Shown here one piece after another: positions 26,201 through 41,200 of a stretch of 64,000 nucleotides of DNA (positions are counted from its first letter, which is position 1; every line of letters begins with the position of its first letter). The position numbers were made by a program, and so were the translations under genes. The DNA is taken from NCBI RefSeq assembly GCF_009914755.1, contig NC_060943.1; one strand, given 5' to 3'. A model generated the notes under the pieces. That model was not told where the DNA came from. It searched no databases and was given only the letters and a program-made list of their open reading frames with translations. This DNA is from the human T2T-CHM13v2.0 reference genome, Homo sapiens.

Positions 26201-29200
26201 GTAACTTCCTTGTGTTGTGTGTATTCAACTCACAGAGTTGAACGATCCTTTACACAGAGCAGACTTGAAACACTCTTTTTGTGGAATTTGCAAGTGGAGA
26301 TTTCAGCCGCTTTGAGTTCAATGGTAGAATAGGAAATACCTTCCTATAGAAACTAGACAGAATGATTCTCAGAAACTCCTTTGTGATGTGTGCGTTCAAC
26401 TCACAGAGTTCAACCTTTCTTTTCATAGAGCAGTTGGGAAACACTCTGTTTGTAAAGTCTGCAAGTGGATATTCAGACTTCTTTGAGGCCTTCGTTGGAA
26501 GCGGGATTTCTTCATGTTCAGCTAGACAGAAGAATTCTCAGAAACTTCCTTGTGTTGTGTGTTTTCAACTCACAGAGTTGAACGATCCTTTACACAGAGC
26601 AGACTTGAAACACTCCTTTTGTGGAATTTGCAAGTGGAGATTTCAGCCGCTTTGAGGTCAATGGTAGAATAGGAAATATCTTCCTATAGAAACTAGACAG
26701 AATGATTCTCAGAAACTCCTTTGTGATGTGTGCGTTCAACTCACAGAGTTTAACCTTTCTTTTCATAGAGCAGTTAGGAAACACTCTGTTTGTAAAGTCT
26801 GCAAGTGGATATTCAGACATCCTTGAGGCTTTCGTTGGAAACGGGATTTCTTCATATTCTGCTAGAAAGAAGAATTCTCAGTAACTTCCTTGTGTTGTGT
26901 GTATTCAACTCACAGAGTTGAACGATCCTTTACACAGAGCAGACTTGAAACACTCTTTTTGTGGAATTTGCAAGTGGAGATTTCAGCCGCTTTGAGGTCA
27001 ATGGTAGAATAGGAAATATCTTCCTATAGAAACTAGACAGAATGATTCTCAGAAACTCCTTTGTGATGTGTGCGTTCAACTCACAGAGTTTAACCTTTCT
27101 TTTCATAGAGCAGTTGGGAAACACTCTGTTTGTAAAGTCTGCAAGTGGATATTCAGACCTCCTTGAGGCTTTCGTTGGAAACGGGATTTCTTCATATTCT
27201 GCTAGAAAGAAGAATTCTCAGTAACTTCCTTGTGTTGTGTGTATTCAACTCACAGAGTTGAACGATCCTTTACACAGAGCAGACTTGAAACACTCTTTTT
27301 GTGGAATTTGCAAGTGGAGATTTCAGCCGCTTTGAGGTCAATGGTAGAATAGGAAATATCTTCCTATAGAAACTAGACAGAATGATTCTCAGAAACTCCT
27401 TTGTGATGTGTGCGTTCAACTCACAGAGTTTAACCTTTCTTTTCATAGAGCAGTTAGGAAACACTCTGTTTGTAAAGTCTGCAAGTGGATATTCAGACAT
27501 CTTTGAGGCCTTCGTTGGAAACGGGATTTCTTCATGTTCTGCTAGACAGAAGAATTCTCAGAAACTTCCTTGTGTTGTGTGTTTTCAACTCACAGAGTTG
27601 AACGATGCTTTACACAGAGTAGACTTGAAACACTCTTTTTGTGTAATTTGCAAGTGGAGATTTCAGCCGCTTTGAGGTCAATGGTAGAAAAGGAAATATC
27701 TTCGTATAAAAACTAGACAGAATGATTCTCAGAAACTCCTTTGTGATGTGTGCGTTCAACTCACAGAGTTTAACCTTTCTTTTCATAGAGCAGTTAGGAA
27801 ACACTCTGTTTGTAAAGTCTGCAAGTGGATATTCAGACCTCCTTGAGGCCTTCGTTGGAAACGGGATTTCTTCATATTATGCTAGACAGAAGAATTCTCA
27901 GTAACTTCCTTGTGTTGTGTGTATTCAACTCACAGAGTTGAACGATCCTTTACACAGAGCAGACTTGAAACACTCTTTTTGTGGAATTTGCAAGTGGAGA
28001 TTTCAGCCGCTTTGAGGTCAATGGTAGAATAGGAAATATCTTCCTATAGAAACTAGACAGAATGATTCTCAGAAACTCCTTTGTGATGTGTGCGTTCAAC
28101 TCACACAGTTTAACCTTTCTTTTCATAGAGCAGTTAGGAAACACTCTGTTTGTAAAGTCTGCAAGTGGATATTCAGACCTCCTTGAGGCATTCGTTGTAA
28201 ACGGGATTTCTTCATATTATGCTAGACAGAAGAATTCTCAGTAACTTCCTTGTGTTGTGTGTATTCAACTCACAGAGTTGAACGATCCTTTACACAGAGC
28301 AGACTTGAAACACTCTTTTTGTGGAATTTGCAAGTGGAGATTTCAGCCGCTTTGAGTTCAATGGTAGAATAGGAAATATCTTCCTATAGAAACTAGACAG
28401 AATGATTCTCAGAAACTCCTTTGTGATGTGTGCGTTCAACTCACAGAGTTCAACCTTTCTTTTCATAGAGCAGTTGGGAAACACTCTGTTTGTAAAGTCT
28501 GCAAGTGGATATTCAGACTTCTTTGAGGCCTTCGTTGGAAGCGGGATTTCTTCATGTTCAGCTAGACAGAAGAATTCTCAGAAACTTCCTTGTGTTGTGT
28601 GTTTTCAACTCACAGAGTTGAACGATCCTTTACACAGAGCAGACTTGAAACACTCCTTTTGTGGAATTTGCAAGTGGAGATTTCAGCCGCTTTGAGGTCA
28701 ATGGTAGAACAGGAAATATCTTCCTATAGAAACTAGACAGAATGATTCTCAGAAACTCCTTTGTGATGTGTGCGTTCAACTCACAGAGTTTAACCTTTCT
28801 TTTCATAGAGCAGTTAGGAAACACTCTGTTTGTAAAGTCTGCAAGTGGATATTCAGACATCCTTGAGGCTTTCGTTGGAAACGGGATTTCTTCATATTCT
28901 GCTAGAAAGAAGAATTCTCAGTAACTTCCTTGTGTTGTGTGTATTCAACTCACAGAGTTGAACGATCCTTTACACAGAGCAGACTTGAAACACTCTTTTT
29001 GTGGAATTTGCAAGTGGAGATTTCAGCCGCTTTGAGGTCAATGGTAGAATAGGAAATATCTTCCTATAGAAACTAGACAGAATGATTCTCAGAAACTCCT
29101 TTGTGATGTGTGCGTTCAACTCACAGAGTTTAACCTTTCTTTTCATAGAGCAGTTGGGAAACACTCTGTTTGTAAAGTCTGCAAGTGGATATTCAGACCT

Positions 29201-32200
29201 CCTTGAGGCTTTCGTTGGAAACGGGATTTCTTCATATTCTGCTAGAAAGAAGAATTCTCAGTAACTTCCTTGTGTTGTGTGTATTCAACTCACAGAGTTG
29301 AACGATCCTTTACACAGAGCAGACTTGAAACACTCTTTTTGTGGAATTTGCAAGTGGAGATTTCAGCCGCTTTGAGGTCAATGGTAGAATAGGAAATATC
29401 TTCCTATAGAAACTAGACAGAATGATTCTCAGAAACTCCTTTGTGATGTGTGCGTTCAACTCACAGAGTTTAACCTTTCTTTTCATAGAGCAGTTAGGAA
29501 ACACTCTGTTTGTAAAGTCTGCAAGTGGATATTCAGACATCTTTGAGGCCTTCGTTGGAAACGGGATTTCTTCATGTTCTGCTAGACAGAAGAATTCTCA
29601 GAAACTTCCTTGTGTTGTGTGTTTTCAACTCACAGAGTTGAACGATGCTTTACACAGAGTAGACTTGAAACACTCTTTTTGTGTAATTTGCAAGTGGAGA
29701 TTTCAGCCGCTTTGAGGTCAATGGTAGAAAAGGAAATATCTTCGTATAAAAACTAGACAGAATGATTCTCAGAAACTCCTTTGTGATGTGTGCGTTCAAC
29801 TCACAGAGTTTAACCTTTCTTTTCATAGAGCAGTTAGGAAACACTCTGTTTGTAAAGTCTGCAAGTGGATATTCAGACCTCCTTGAGGCCTTCGTTGGAA
29901 ACGGGATTTCTTCATATTATGCTAGACAGAAGAATTCTCAGTAACTTCCTTGTGTTGTGTGTATTCAACTCACAGAGTTGAACGATCCTTTACACAGAGC
30001 AGACTTGAAACACTCTTTTTGTGGAATTTGCAAGTGGAGATTTCAGCCGCTTTGAGGTCAATGGTAGAATAGGAAATATCTTCCTATAGAAACTAGACAG
30101 AATGATTCTCAGAAACTCCTTTGTGATGTGTGCGTTCAACTCACACAGTTTAACCTTTCTTTTCATAGAGCAGTTAGGAAACACTCTGTTTGTAAAGTCT
30201 GCAAGTGGATATTCAGACCTCCTTGAGGCATTCGTTGGAAACGGGATTTCTTCATATTATGCTAGACAGAAGAATTCTCAGTAACTTCCTTGTGTTGTGT
30301 GTATTCAACTCACAGAGTTGAACGATCCTTTACACAGAGCAGACTTGAAACACTCTTTTTGTGGAATTTGCAAGTGGAGATTTCAGCCGCTTTGAGTTCA
30401 ATGGTAGAATAGGAAATATCTTCCTATAGAAACTAGACAGAATGATTCTCAGAAACTCCTTTGTGATGTGTGCGTTCAACTCACAGAGTTCAACCTTTCT
30501 TTTCATAGAGCAGTTGGGAAACACTCTGTTTGTAAAGTCTGCAAGTGGATATTCAGACTTCTTTGAGGCCTTCGTTGGAAGCGGGATTTCTTCATGTTCA
30601 GCTAGACAGAAGAATTCTCAGAAACTTCCTTGTGTTGTGTGTTTTCAACTCACAGAGTTGAACGATCCTTTACACAGAGCAGACTTGAAACACTCCTTTT
30701 GTGGAATTTGCAAGTGGAGATTTCAGCCGCTTTGAGGTCAATGGTAGAACAGGAAATATCTTCCTATAGAAACTAGACAGAATGATTCTCAGAAACTCCT
30801 TTGTGATGTGTGCGTTCAACTCACAGAGTTTAACCTTTCTTTTCATAGAGCAGTTAGGAAACACTCTGTTTGTAAAGTCTGCAAGTGGATATTCAGACAT
30901 CCTTGAGGCTTTCGTTGGAAACGGGATTTCTTCATATTCTGCTAGAAAGAAGAATTCTCAGTAACTTCCTTGTGTTGTGTGTATTCAACTCACAGAGTTG
31001 AACGATCCTTTACACAGAGCAGACTTGAAACACTCTTTTTGTGGAATTTGCAAGTGGAGATTTCAGCCGCTTTGAGGTCAATGGTAGAATAGGAAATATC
31101 TTCCTATAGAAACTAGACAGAATGATTCTCAGAAACTCCTTTGTGATGTGTGCGTTCAACTCACAGAGTTTAACCTTTCTTTTCATAGAGCAGTTGGGAA
31201 ACACTCTGTTTGTAAAGTCTGCAAGTGGATATTCAGACCTCCTTGAGGCTTTCGTTGGAAACGGGATTTCTTCATATTCTGCTAGAAAGAAGAATTCTCA
31301 GTAACTTCCTTGTGTTGTGTGTATTCAACTCACAGAGTTGAACGATCCTTTACACAGAGCAGACTTGAAACACTCTTTTTGTGGAATTTGCAAGTGGAGA
31401 TTTCAGCCGCTTTGAGGTCAATGGTAGAATAGGAAATATCTTCCTATAGAAACTAGACAGAATGATTCTCAGAAACTCCTTTGTGATGTGTGCGTTCAAC
31501 TCACAGAGTTTAACCTTTCTTTTCATAGAGCAGTTAGGAAACACTCTGTTTGTAAAGTCTGCAAGTGGATATTCAGACATCTTTGAGGCCTTCGTTGGAA
31601 ACGGGATTTCTTCATGTTCTGCTAGACAGAAGAATTCTCAGAAACTTCCTTGTGTTGTGTGTTTTCAACTCACAGAGTTGAACGATGCTTTACACAGAGT
31701 AGACTTGAAACACTCTTTTTGTGTAATTTGCAAGTGGAGATTTCAGCCGCTTTGAGGTCAATGGTAGAAAAGGAAATATCTTCGTATAAAAACTAGACAG
31801 AATGATTCTCAGAAACTCCTTTGTGATGTGTGCGTTCAACTCACAGAGTTTAACCTTTCTTTTCATAGAGCAGTTAGGAAACACTCTGTTTGTAAAGTCT
31901 GCAAGTGGATATTCAGACCTCCTTGAGGCCTTCGTTGGAAACGGGATTTCTTCATATTATGCTAGACAGAAGAATTCTCAGTAACTTCCTTGTGTTGTGT
32001 GTATTCAACTCACAGAGTTGAACGATCCTTTACACAGAGCAGACTTGAAACACTCTTTTTGTGGAATTTGCAAGTGGAGATTTCAGCCGCTTTGAGGTCA
32101 ATGGTAGAATAGGAAATATCTTCCTATAGAAACTAGACAGAATGATTCTCAGAAACTCCTTTGTGATGTGTGCGTTCAACTCACACAGTTTAACCTTTCT

Positions 32201-35200
32201 TTTCATAGAGCAGTTAGGAAACACTCTGTTTGTAAAGTCTGCAAGTGGATATTCAGACCTCCTTGAGGCATTCGTTGGAAACGGGATTTCTTCATATTAT
32301 GCTAGACAGAAGAATTCTCAGTAACTTCCTTGTGTTGTGTGTATTCAACTCACAGAGTTGAACGATCCTTTACACAGAGCAGACTTGAAACACTCTTTTT
32401 GTGGAATTTGCAAGTGGAGATTTCAGCCGCTTTGAGTTCAATGGTAGAATAGGAAATATCTTCCTATAGAAACTAGACAGAATGATTCTCAGAAACTCCT
32501 TTGTGATGTGTGCGTTCAACTCACAGAGTTCAACCTTTCTTTTCATAGAGCAGTTGGGAAACACTCTGTTTGTAAAGTCTGCAAGTGGATATTCAGACTT
32601 CTTTGAGGCCTTCGTTGGAAGCGGGATTTCTTCATGTTCAGCTAGACAGAAGAATTCTCATAAACTTCCTTGTGCTGTGTGTTTTCAACTCACAGAGTTG
32701 AACGATCCTTTACACAGAGCAGACTTGAAACACTCCTTTTGTGGAATTTGCAAGTGGAGATTTCAGCCGCTTTGAGGTCAATGGTAGAATAGGAAATATC
32801 TTCCTATAGAAACTAGACAGAATGATTCTCAGAAACTCCTTTGTGATGTGTGCGTTCAACTCACAGAGTTTAACCTTTCTTTTCATAGAGCAGTTGGGAA
32901 ACACTCTGTTTGTAAAGTCTGCAAGTGGATATTCAGATATCCTTGAGGCTTTCGTTGGAAACGGGATTTCTTCATATTCTGCTAGAAAGAAGAATTCTCA
33001 GTAACTTCCTTGTGTTGTGTGTATTCAACTCACAGAGTTGAACGATCCTTTACACAGAGCAGACTTGAAACACTCTTTTTGTGGAATTTGCAAGTGGAGA
33101 TTTCAGCCGCTTTGAGGTCAATGGTAGAATAGGAAATATCTTCCTATAGAAACTAGACAGAATGATTCTCAGAAACTCCTTTGTGATGTGTGCGTTCAAC
33201 TCACAGAGTTTAACCTTTCTTTTCATAGAGCAGTTAGGAAACACTCTGTTTGTAAAGTCTGCAAGTGGATATTCAGACATCTTTGAGGCCTTCGTTGGAA
33301 ACGGGATTTCTTCATGTTCTGCTAGACAGAAGAATTCTCAGAAACTTCCTTGTGTTGTGTGTTTTCAACTCACAGAGTTGAACGATGCTTTACACAGAGT
33401 AGACTTGAAACACTCTTTTTGTGTAATTTGCAAGTGGAGATTTCAGCCGCTTTGAGGTCAATGGTAGAAAAGGAAATATCTTCGTATAAAAACTAGACAG
33501 AATGATTCTCAGAAACTCCTTTGTGATGTGTGCGTTCAACTCACAGAGTTTAACCTTTCTTTTCATAGAGCAGTTAGGAAACACTCTGTTTGTAAAGTCT
33601 GCAAGTGGATATTCAGACCTCCTTGAGGCCTTCGTTGGAAACGGGATTTCTTCATATTATGCTAGACAGAAGAATTCTCAGTAACTTCCTTGTGTTGTGT
33701 GTATTCAACTCACAGAGTTGAACGATCCTTTACACAGAGCAGACTTGAAACACTCTTTTTGTGGAATTTGCAAGTGGAGATTTCAGCCGCTTTGAGGTCA
33801 ATGGTAGAATAGGAAATATCTTCCTATAGAAACTAGACAGAATGATTCTCAGAAACTCCTTTGTGATGTGTGCGTTCAACTCACACAGTTTAACCTTTCT
33901 TTTCATAGAGCAGTTAGGAAACACTCTGTTTGTAAAGTCTGCAAGTGGATATTCAGACCTCCTTGAGGCATTCGTTGGAAACGGGATTTCTTCATATTAT
34001 GCTAGACAGAAGAATTCTCAGTAACTTCCTTGTGTTGTGTGTATTCAACTCACAGAGTTGAACGATCCTTTACACAGAGCAGACTTGAAACACTCTTTTT
34101 GTGGAATTTGCAAGTGGAGATTTCAGCCGCTTTGAGTTCAATGGTAGAATAGGAAATATCTTCCTATAGAAACTAGACAGAATGATTCTCAGAAACTCCT
34201 TTGTGATGTGTGCGTTCAACTCACAGAGTTCAACCTTTCTTTTCATAGAGCAGTTGGGAAACACTCTGTTTGTAAAGTCTGCAAGTGGATATTCAGACTT
34301 CTTTGAGGCCTTCGTTGGAAGCGGGATTTCTTCATGTTCAGCTAGACAGAAGAATTCTCAGAAACTTCCTTGTGTTGTGTGTTTTCAACTCACAGAGTTG
34401 AACGATCCTTTACACAGAGCAGACTTGAAACACTCCTTTTGTGGAATTTGCAAGTGGAGATTTCAGCCGCTTTGAGGTCAATGGTAGAATAGGAAATATC
34501 TTCCTATAGAAACTAGACAGAATGATTCTCAGAAACTCCTTTGTGATGTGTGCGTTCAACTCACAGAGTTTAACCTTTCTTTTCATAGAGCAGTTAGGAA
34601 ACACTCTGTTTGTAAAGTCTGCAAGTGGATATTCAGACATCCTTGAGGCTTTCGTTGGAAACGGGATTTCTTCATATTCTGCTAGAAAGAAGAATTCTCA
34701 GTAACTTCCTTGTGTTGTGTGTATTCAACTCACAGAGTTGAACGATCCTTTACACAGAGCAGACTTGAAACACTCTTTTTGTGGAATTTGCAAGTGGAGA
34801 TTTCAGCCGCTTTGAGGTCAATGGTAGAATAGGAAATATCTTCCTATAGAAACTAGACAGAATGATTCTCAGAAACTCCTTTGTGATGTGTGCGTTCAAC
34901 TCACAGAGTTTAACCTTTCTTTTCATAGAGCAGTTGGGAAACACTCTGTTTGTAAAGTCTGCAAGTGGATATTCAGACCTCCTTGAGGCTTTCGTTGGAA
35001 ACGGGATTTCTTCATATTCTGCTAGAAAGAAGAATTCTCAGTAACTTCCTTGTGTTGTGTGTATTCAACTCACAGAGTTGAACGATCCTTTACACAGAGC
35101 AGACTTGAAACACTCTTTTTGTGGAATTTGCAAGTGGAGATTTCAGCCGCTTTGAGGTCAATGGTAGAATAGGAAATATCTTCCTATAGAAACTAGACAG

Positions 35201-38200
35201 AATGATTCTCAGAAACTCCTTTGTGATGTGTGCGTTCAACTCACAGAGTTTAACCTTTCTTTTCATAGAGCAGTTAGGAAACACTCTGTTTGTAAAGTCT
35301 GCAAGTGGATATTCAGACATCTTTGAGGCCTTCGTTGGAAACGGGATTTCTTCATGTTCTGCTAGACAGAAGAATTCTCAGAAACTTCCTTGTGTTGTGT
35401 GTTTTCAACTCACAGAGTTGAACGATGCTTTACACAGAGTAGACTTGAAACACTCTTTTTGTGTAATTTGCAAGTGGAGATTTCAGCCGCTTTGAGGTCA
35501 ATGGTAGAAAAGGAAATATCTTCGTATAAAAACTAGACAGAATGATTCTCAGAAACTCCTTTGTGATGTGTGCGTTCAACTCACAGAGTTTAACCTTTCT
35601 TTTCATAGAGCAGTTAGGAAACACTCTGTTTGTAAAGTCTGCAAGTGGATATTCAGACCTCCTTGAGGCCTTCGTTGGAAACGGGATTTCTTCATATTAT
35701 GCTAGACAGAAGAATTCTCAGTAACTTCCTTGTGTTGTGTGTATTCAACTCACAGAGTTGAACGATCCTTTACACAGAGCAGACTTGAAACACTCTTTTT
35801 GTGGAATTTGCAAGTGGAGATTTCAGCCGCTTTGAGGTCAATGGTAGAATAGGAAATATCTTCCTATAGAAACTAGACAGAATGATTCTCAGAAACTCCT
35901 TTGTGATGTGTGCGTTCAACTCACACAGTTTAACCTTTCTTTTCATAGAGCAGTTAGGAAACACTCTGTTTGTAAAGTCTGCAAGTGGATATTCAGACCT
36001 CCTTGAGGCATTCGTTGGAAACGGGATTTCTTCATATTATGCTAGACAGAAGAATTCTCAGTAACTTCCTTGTGTTGTGTGTATTCAACTCACAGAGTTG
36101 AACGATCCTTTACACAGAGCAGACTTGAAACACTCTTTTTGTGGAATTTGCAAGTGGAGATTTCAGCCGCTTTGAGTTCAATGGTAGAATAGGAAATATC
36201 TTCCTATAGAAACTAGACAGAATGATTCTCAGAAACTCCTTTGTGATGTGTGCGTTCAACTCACAGAGTTCAACCTTTCTTTTCATAGAGCAGTTGGGAA
36301 ACACTCTGTTTGTAAAGTCTGCAAGTGGATATTCAGACTTCTTTGAGGCCTTCGTTGGAAGCGGGATTTCTTCATGTTCAGCTAGACAGAAGAATTCTCA
36401 GAAACTTCCTTGTGTTGTGTGTTTTCAACTCACAGAGTTGAACGATCCTTTACACAGAGCAGACTTGAAACACTCCTTTTGTGGAATTTGCAAGTGGAGA
36501 TTTCAGCCGCTTTGAGGTCAATGGTAGAATAGGAAATATCTTCCTATAGAAACTAGACAGAATGATTCTCAGAAACTCCTTTGTGATGTGTGCGTTCAAC
36601 TCACAGAGTTTAACCTTTCTTTTCATAGAGCAGTTAGGAAACACTCTGTTTGTAAAGTCTGCAAGTGGATATTCAGACATCCTTGAGGCTTTCGTTGGAA
36701 ACGGGATTTCTTCATATTCTGCTAGAAAGAAGAATTCTCAGTAACTTCCTTGTGTTGTGTGTATTCAACTCACAGAGTTGAACGATCCTTTACACAGAGC
36801 AGACTTGAAACACTCTTTTTGTGGAATTTGCAAGTGGAGATTTCAGCCGCTTTGAGGTCAATGGTAGAATAGGAAATATCTTCCTATAGAAACTAGACAG
36901 AATGATTCTCAGAAACTCCTTTGTGATGTGTGCGTTCAACTCACAGAGTTTAACCTTTCTTTTCATAGAGCAGTTGGGAAACACTCTGTTTGTAAAGTCT
37001 GCAAGTGGATATTCAGACCTCCTTGAGGCTTTCGTTGGAAACGGGATTTCTTCATATTCTGCTAGAAAGAAGAATTCTCAGTAACTTCCTTGTGTTGTGT
37101 GTATTCAACTCACAGAGTTGAACGATCCTTTACACAGAGCAGACTTGAAACACTCTTTTTGTGGAATTTGCAAGTGGAGATTTCAGCCGCTTTGAGGTCA
37201 ATGGTAGAATAGGAAATATCTTCCTATAGAAACTAGACAGAATGATTCTCAGAAACTCCTTTGTGATGTGTGCGTTCAACTCACAGAGTTTAACCTTTCT
37301 TTTCATAGAGCAGTTAGGAAACACTCTGTTTGTAAAGTCTGCAAGTGGATATTCAGACATCTTTGAGGCCTTCGTTGGAAACGGGATTTCTTCATGTTCT
37401 GCTAGACAGAAGAATTCTCAGAAACTTCCTTGTGTTGTGTGTTTTCAACTCACAGAGTTGAACGATGCTTTACACAGAGTAGACTTGAAACACTCTTTTT
37501 GTGTAATTTGCAAGTGGAGATTTCAGCCGCTTTGAGGTCAATGGTAGAAAAGGAAATATCTTCGTATAAAAACTAGACAGAATGATTCTCAGAAACTCCT
37601 TTGTGATGTGTGCGTTCAACTCACAGAGTTTAACCTTTCTTTTCATAGAGCAGTTAGGAAACACTCTGTTTGTAAAGTCTGCAAGTGGATATTCAGACCT
37701 CCTTGAGGCCTTCGTTGGAAACGGGATTTCTTCATATTATGCTAGACAGAAGAATTCTCAGTAACTTCCTTGTGTTGTGTGTATTCAACTCACAGAGTTG
37801 AACGATCCTTTACACAGAGCAGACTTGAAACACTCTTTTTGTGGAATTTGCAAGTGGAGATTTCAGCCGCTTTGAGGTCAATGGTAGAATAGGAAATATC
37901 TTCCTATAGAAACTAGACAGAATGATTCTCAGAAACTCCTTTGTGATGTGTGCGTTCAACTCACACAGTTTAACCTTTCTTTTCATAGAGCAGTTAGGAA
38001 ACACTCTGTTTGTAAAGTCTGCAAGTGGATATTCAGACCTCCTTGAGGCATTCGTTGGAAACGGGATTTCTTCATATTATGCTAGACAGAAGAATTCTCA
38101 GTAACTTCCTTGCGTTGTGTGTATTCAACTCACAGAGTTGAACGATCCTTTACACAGAGCAGACTTGAAACACTCTTTTTGTGGAATTTGCAAGTGGAGA

Positions 38201-41200
38201 TTTCAGCCGCTTTGAGTTCAATGGTAGAATAGGAAATATCTTCCTATAGAAACTAGACAGAATGATTCTCAGAAACTCCTTTGTGATGTGTGCGTTCAAC
38301 TCACAGAATTCAACCTTTCTTTTCATAGAGCAGTTGGGAAACACTCTGTTTGTAAAGTCTGCAAGTGGATATTCAGACTTCTTTGAGGCCTTCGTTGGAA
38401 GCGGGATTTCTTCATGTTCAGCTAGACAGAAGAATTCTCAGAAACTTCCTTGTGTTGTGTGTTTTCAACTCACAGAGTTGAACGATCCTTTACACAGAGC
38501 AGACTTGAAACACTCCTTTTGTGGAATTTGCAAGTGGAGATTTCAGCCGCTTTGAGGTCAATGGTAGAATAGGAAATATCTTCCTATAGAAACTAGACAG
38601 AATGATTCTCAGAAACTCCTTTGTGATGTGTGCGTTCAACTCACAGAGTTTAACCTTTCTTTTCATAGAGCAGTTAGGAAACACTCTGTTTGTAAAGTCT
38701 GCAAGTGGATATTCAGACATCCTTGAGGCTTTCGTTGGAAACGGGATTTCTTCATATTCTGCTAGAAAGAAGAATTCTCAGTAACTTCCTTGTGTTGTGT
38801 GTATTCAACTCACAGAGTTGAACGATCCTTTACACAGAGCAGACTTGAAACACTCTTTTTGTGGAATTTGCAAGTGGAGATTTCAGCCGCTTTGAGGTCA
38901 ATGGTAGAATAGGAAATATCTTCCTATAGAAACTAGACAGAATGATTCTCAGAAACTCCTTTGTGATGTGTGCGTTCAACTCACAGAGTTTAACCTTTCT
39001 TTTCATAGAGCAGTTGGGAAACACTCTGTTTGTAAAGTCTGCAAGTGGATATTCAGACCTCCTTGAGGCTTTCGTTGGAAACGGGATTTCTTCATATTCT
39101 GCTAGAAAGAAGAATTCTCAGTAACTTCCTTGTGTTGTGTGTATTCAACTCACAGAGTTGAACGATCCTTTACACAGAGCAGACTTGAAACACTCTTTTT
39201 GTGGAATTTGCAAGTGGAGATTTCAGCCGCTTTGAGGTCAATGGTAGAATAGGAAATATCTTCCTATAGAAACTAGACAGAATGATTCTCAGAAACTCCT
39301 TTGTGATGTGTGCGTTCAACTCACAGAGTTTAACCTTTCTTTTCATAGAGCAGTTAGGAAACACTCTGTTTGTAAAGTCTGCAAGTGGATATTCAGACAT
39401 CTTTGAGGCCTTCGTTGGAAACGGGATTTCTTCATGTTCTGCTAGACAGAAGAATTCTCAGAAACTTCCTTGTGTTGTGTGTTTTCAACTCACAGAGTTG
39501 AACGATGCTTTACACAGAGTAGACTTGAAACACTCTTTTTGTGTAATTTGCAAGTGGAGATTTCAGCCGCTTTGAGGTCAATGGTAGAAAAGGAAATATC
39601 TTCGTATAAAAACTAGACAGAATGATTCTCAGAAACTCCTTTGTGATGTGTGCGTTCAACTCACAGAGTTTAACCTTTCTTTTCATAGAGCAGTTAGGAA
39701 ACACTCTGTTTGTAAAGTCTGCAAGTGGATATTCAGACCTCCTTGAGGCCTTCGTTGGAAACGGGATTTCTTCATATTATGCTAGACAGAAGAATTCTCA
39801 GTAACTTCCTTGTGTTGTGTGTATTCAACTCACAGAGTTGAACGATCCTTTACACAGAGCAGACTTGAAACACTCTTTTTGTGGAATTTGCAAGTGGAGA
39901 TTTCAGCCGCTTTGAGGTCAATGGTAGAATAGGAAATATCTTCCTATAGAAACTAGACAGAATGATTCTCAGAAACTCCTTTGTGATGTGTGCGTTCAAC
40001 TCACACAGTTTAACCTTTCTTTTCATAGAGCAGTTAGGAAACACTCTGTTTGTAAAGTCTGCAAGTGGATATTCAGACCTCCTTGAGGCATTCGTTGGAA
40101 ACGGGATTTCTTCATATTATGCTAGACAGAAGAATTCTCAGTAACTTCCTTGTGTTGTGTGTATTCAACTCACAGAGTTGAACGATCCTTTACACAGAGC
40201 AGACTTGAAACACTCTTTTTGTGGAATTTGCAAGTGGAGATTTCAGCCGCTTTGAGTTCAATGGTAGAATAGGAAATATCTTCCTATAGAAACTAGACAG
40301 AATGATTCTCAGAAACTCCTTTGTGATGTGTGCGTTCAACTCACAGAGTTCAACCTTTCTTTTCATAGAGCAGTTGGGAAACACTCTGTTTGTAAAGTCT
40401 GCAAGTGGATATTCAGACTTCTTTGAGGCCTTCGTTGGAAGCGGGATTTCTTCATGTTCAGCTAGACAGAAGAATTCTCAGAAACTTCCTTGTGTTGTGT
40501 GTTTTCAACTCACAGAGTTGAACGATCCTTTACACAGAGCAGACTTGAAACACTCCTTTTGTGGAATTTGCAAGTGGAGATTTCAGCCGCTTTGAGGTCA
40601 ATGGTAGAATAGGAAATATCTTCCTATAGAAACTAGACAGAATGATTCTCAGAAACTCCTTTGTGATGTGTGCGTTCAACTCACAGAGTTTAACCTTTCT
40701 TTTCATAGAGCAGTTAGGAAACACTCTGTTTGTAAAGTCTGCAAGTGGATATTCAGACATCCTTGAGGCTTTCGTTGGAAACGGGATTTCTTCATATTCT
40801 GCTAGAAAGAAGAATTCTCAGTAACTTCCTTGTGTTGTGTGTATTCAACTCACAGAGTTGAACGATCCTTTACACAGAGCAGACTTGAAACACTCTTTTT
40901 GTGGAATTTGCAAGTGGAGATTTCAGCCGCTTTGAGGTCAATGGTAGAATAGGAAATATCTTCCTATAGAAACTAGACAGAATGATTCTCAGAAACTCCT
41001 TTGTGATGTGTGCGTTCAACTCACAGAGTTTAACCTTTCTTTTCATAGAGCAGTTGGGAAACACTCTGTTTGTAAAGTCTGCAAGTGGATATTCAGACCT
41101 CCTTGAGGCTTTCGTTGGAAACGGGATTTCTTCATATTCTGCTAGAAAGAAGAATTCTCAGTAACTTCCTTGTGTTGTGTGTATTCAACTCACAGAGTTG

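Noticed and set aside
28190-28206. CENP-B box with G>T at 28198 as a second dead box
   Set aside because: The change is at an N position of NTTCGNNNNANNCGGGN, so the essential core is retained.
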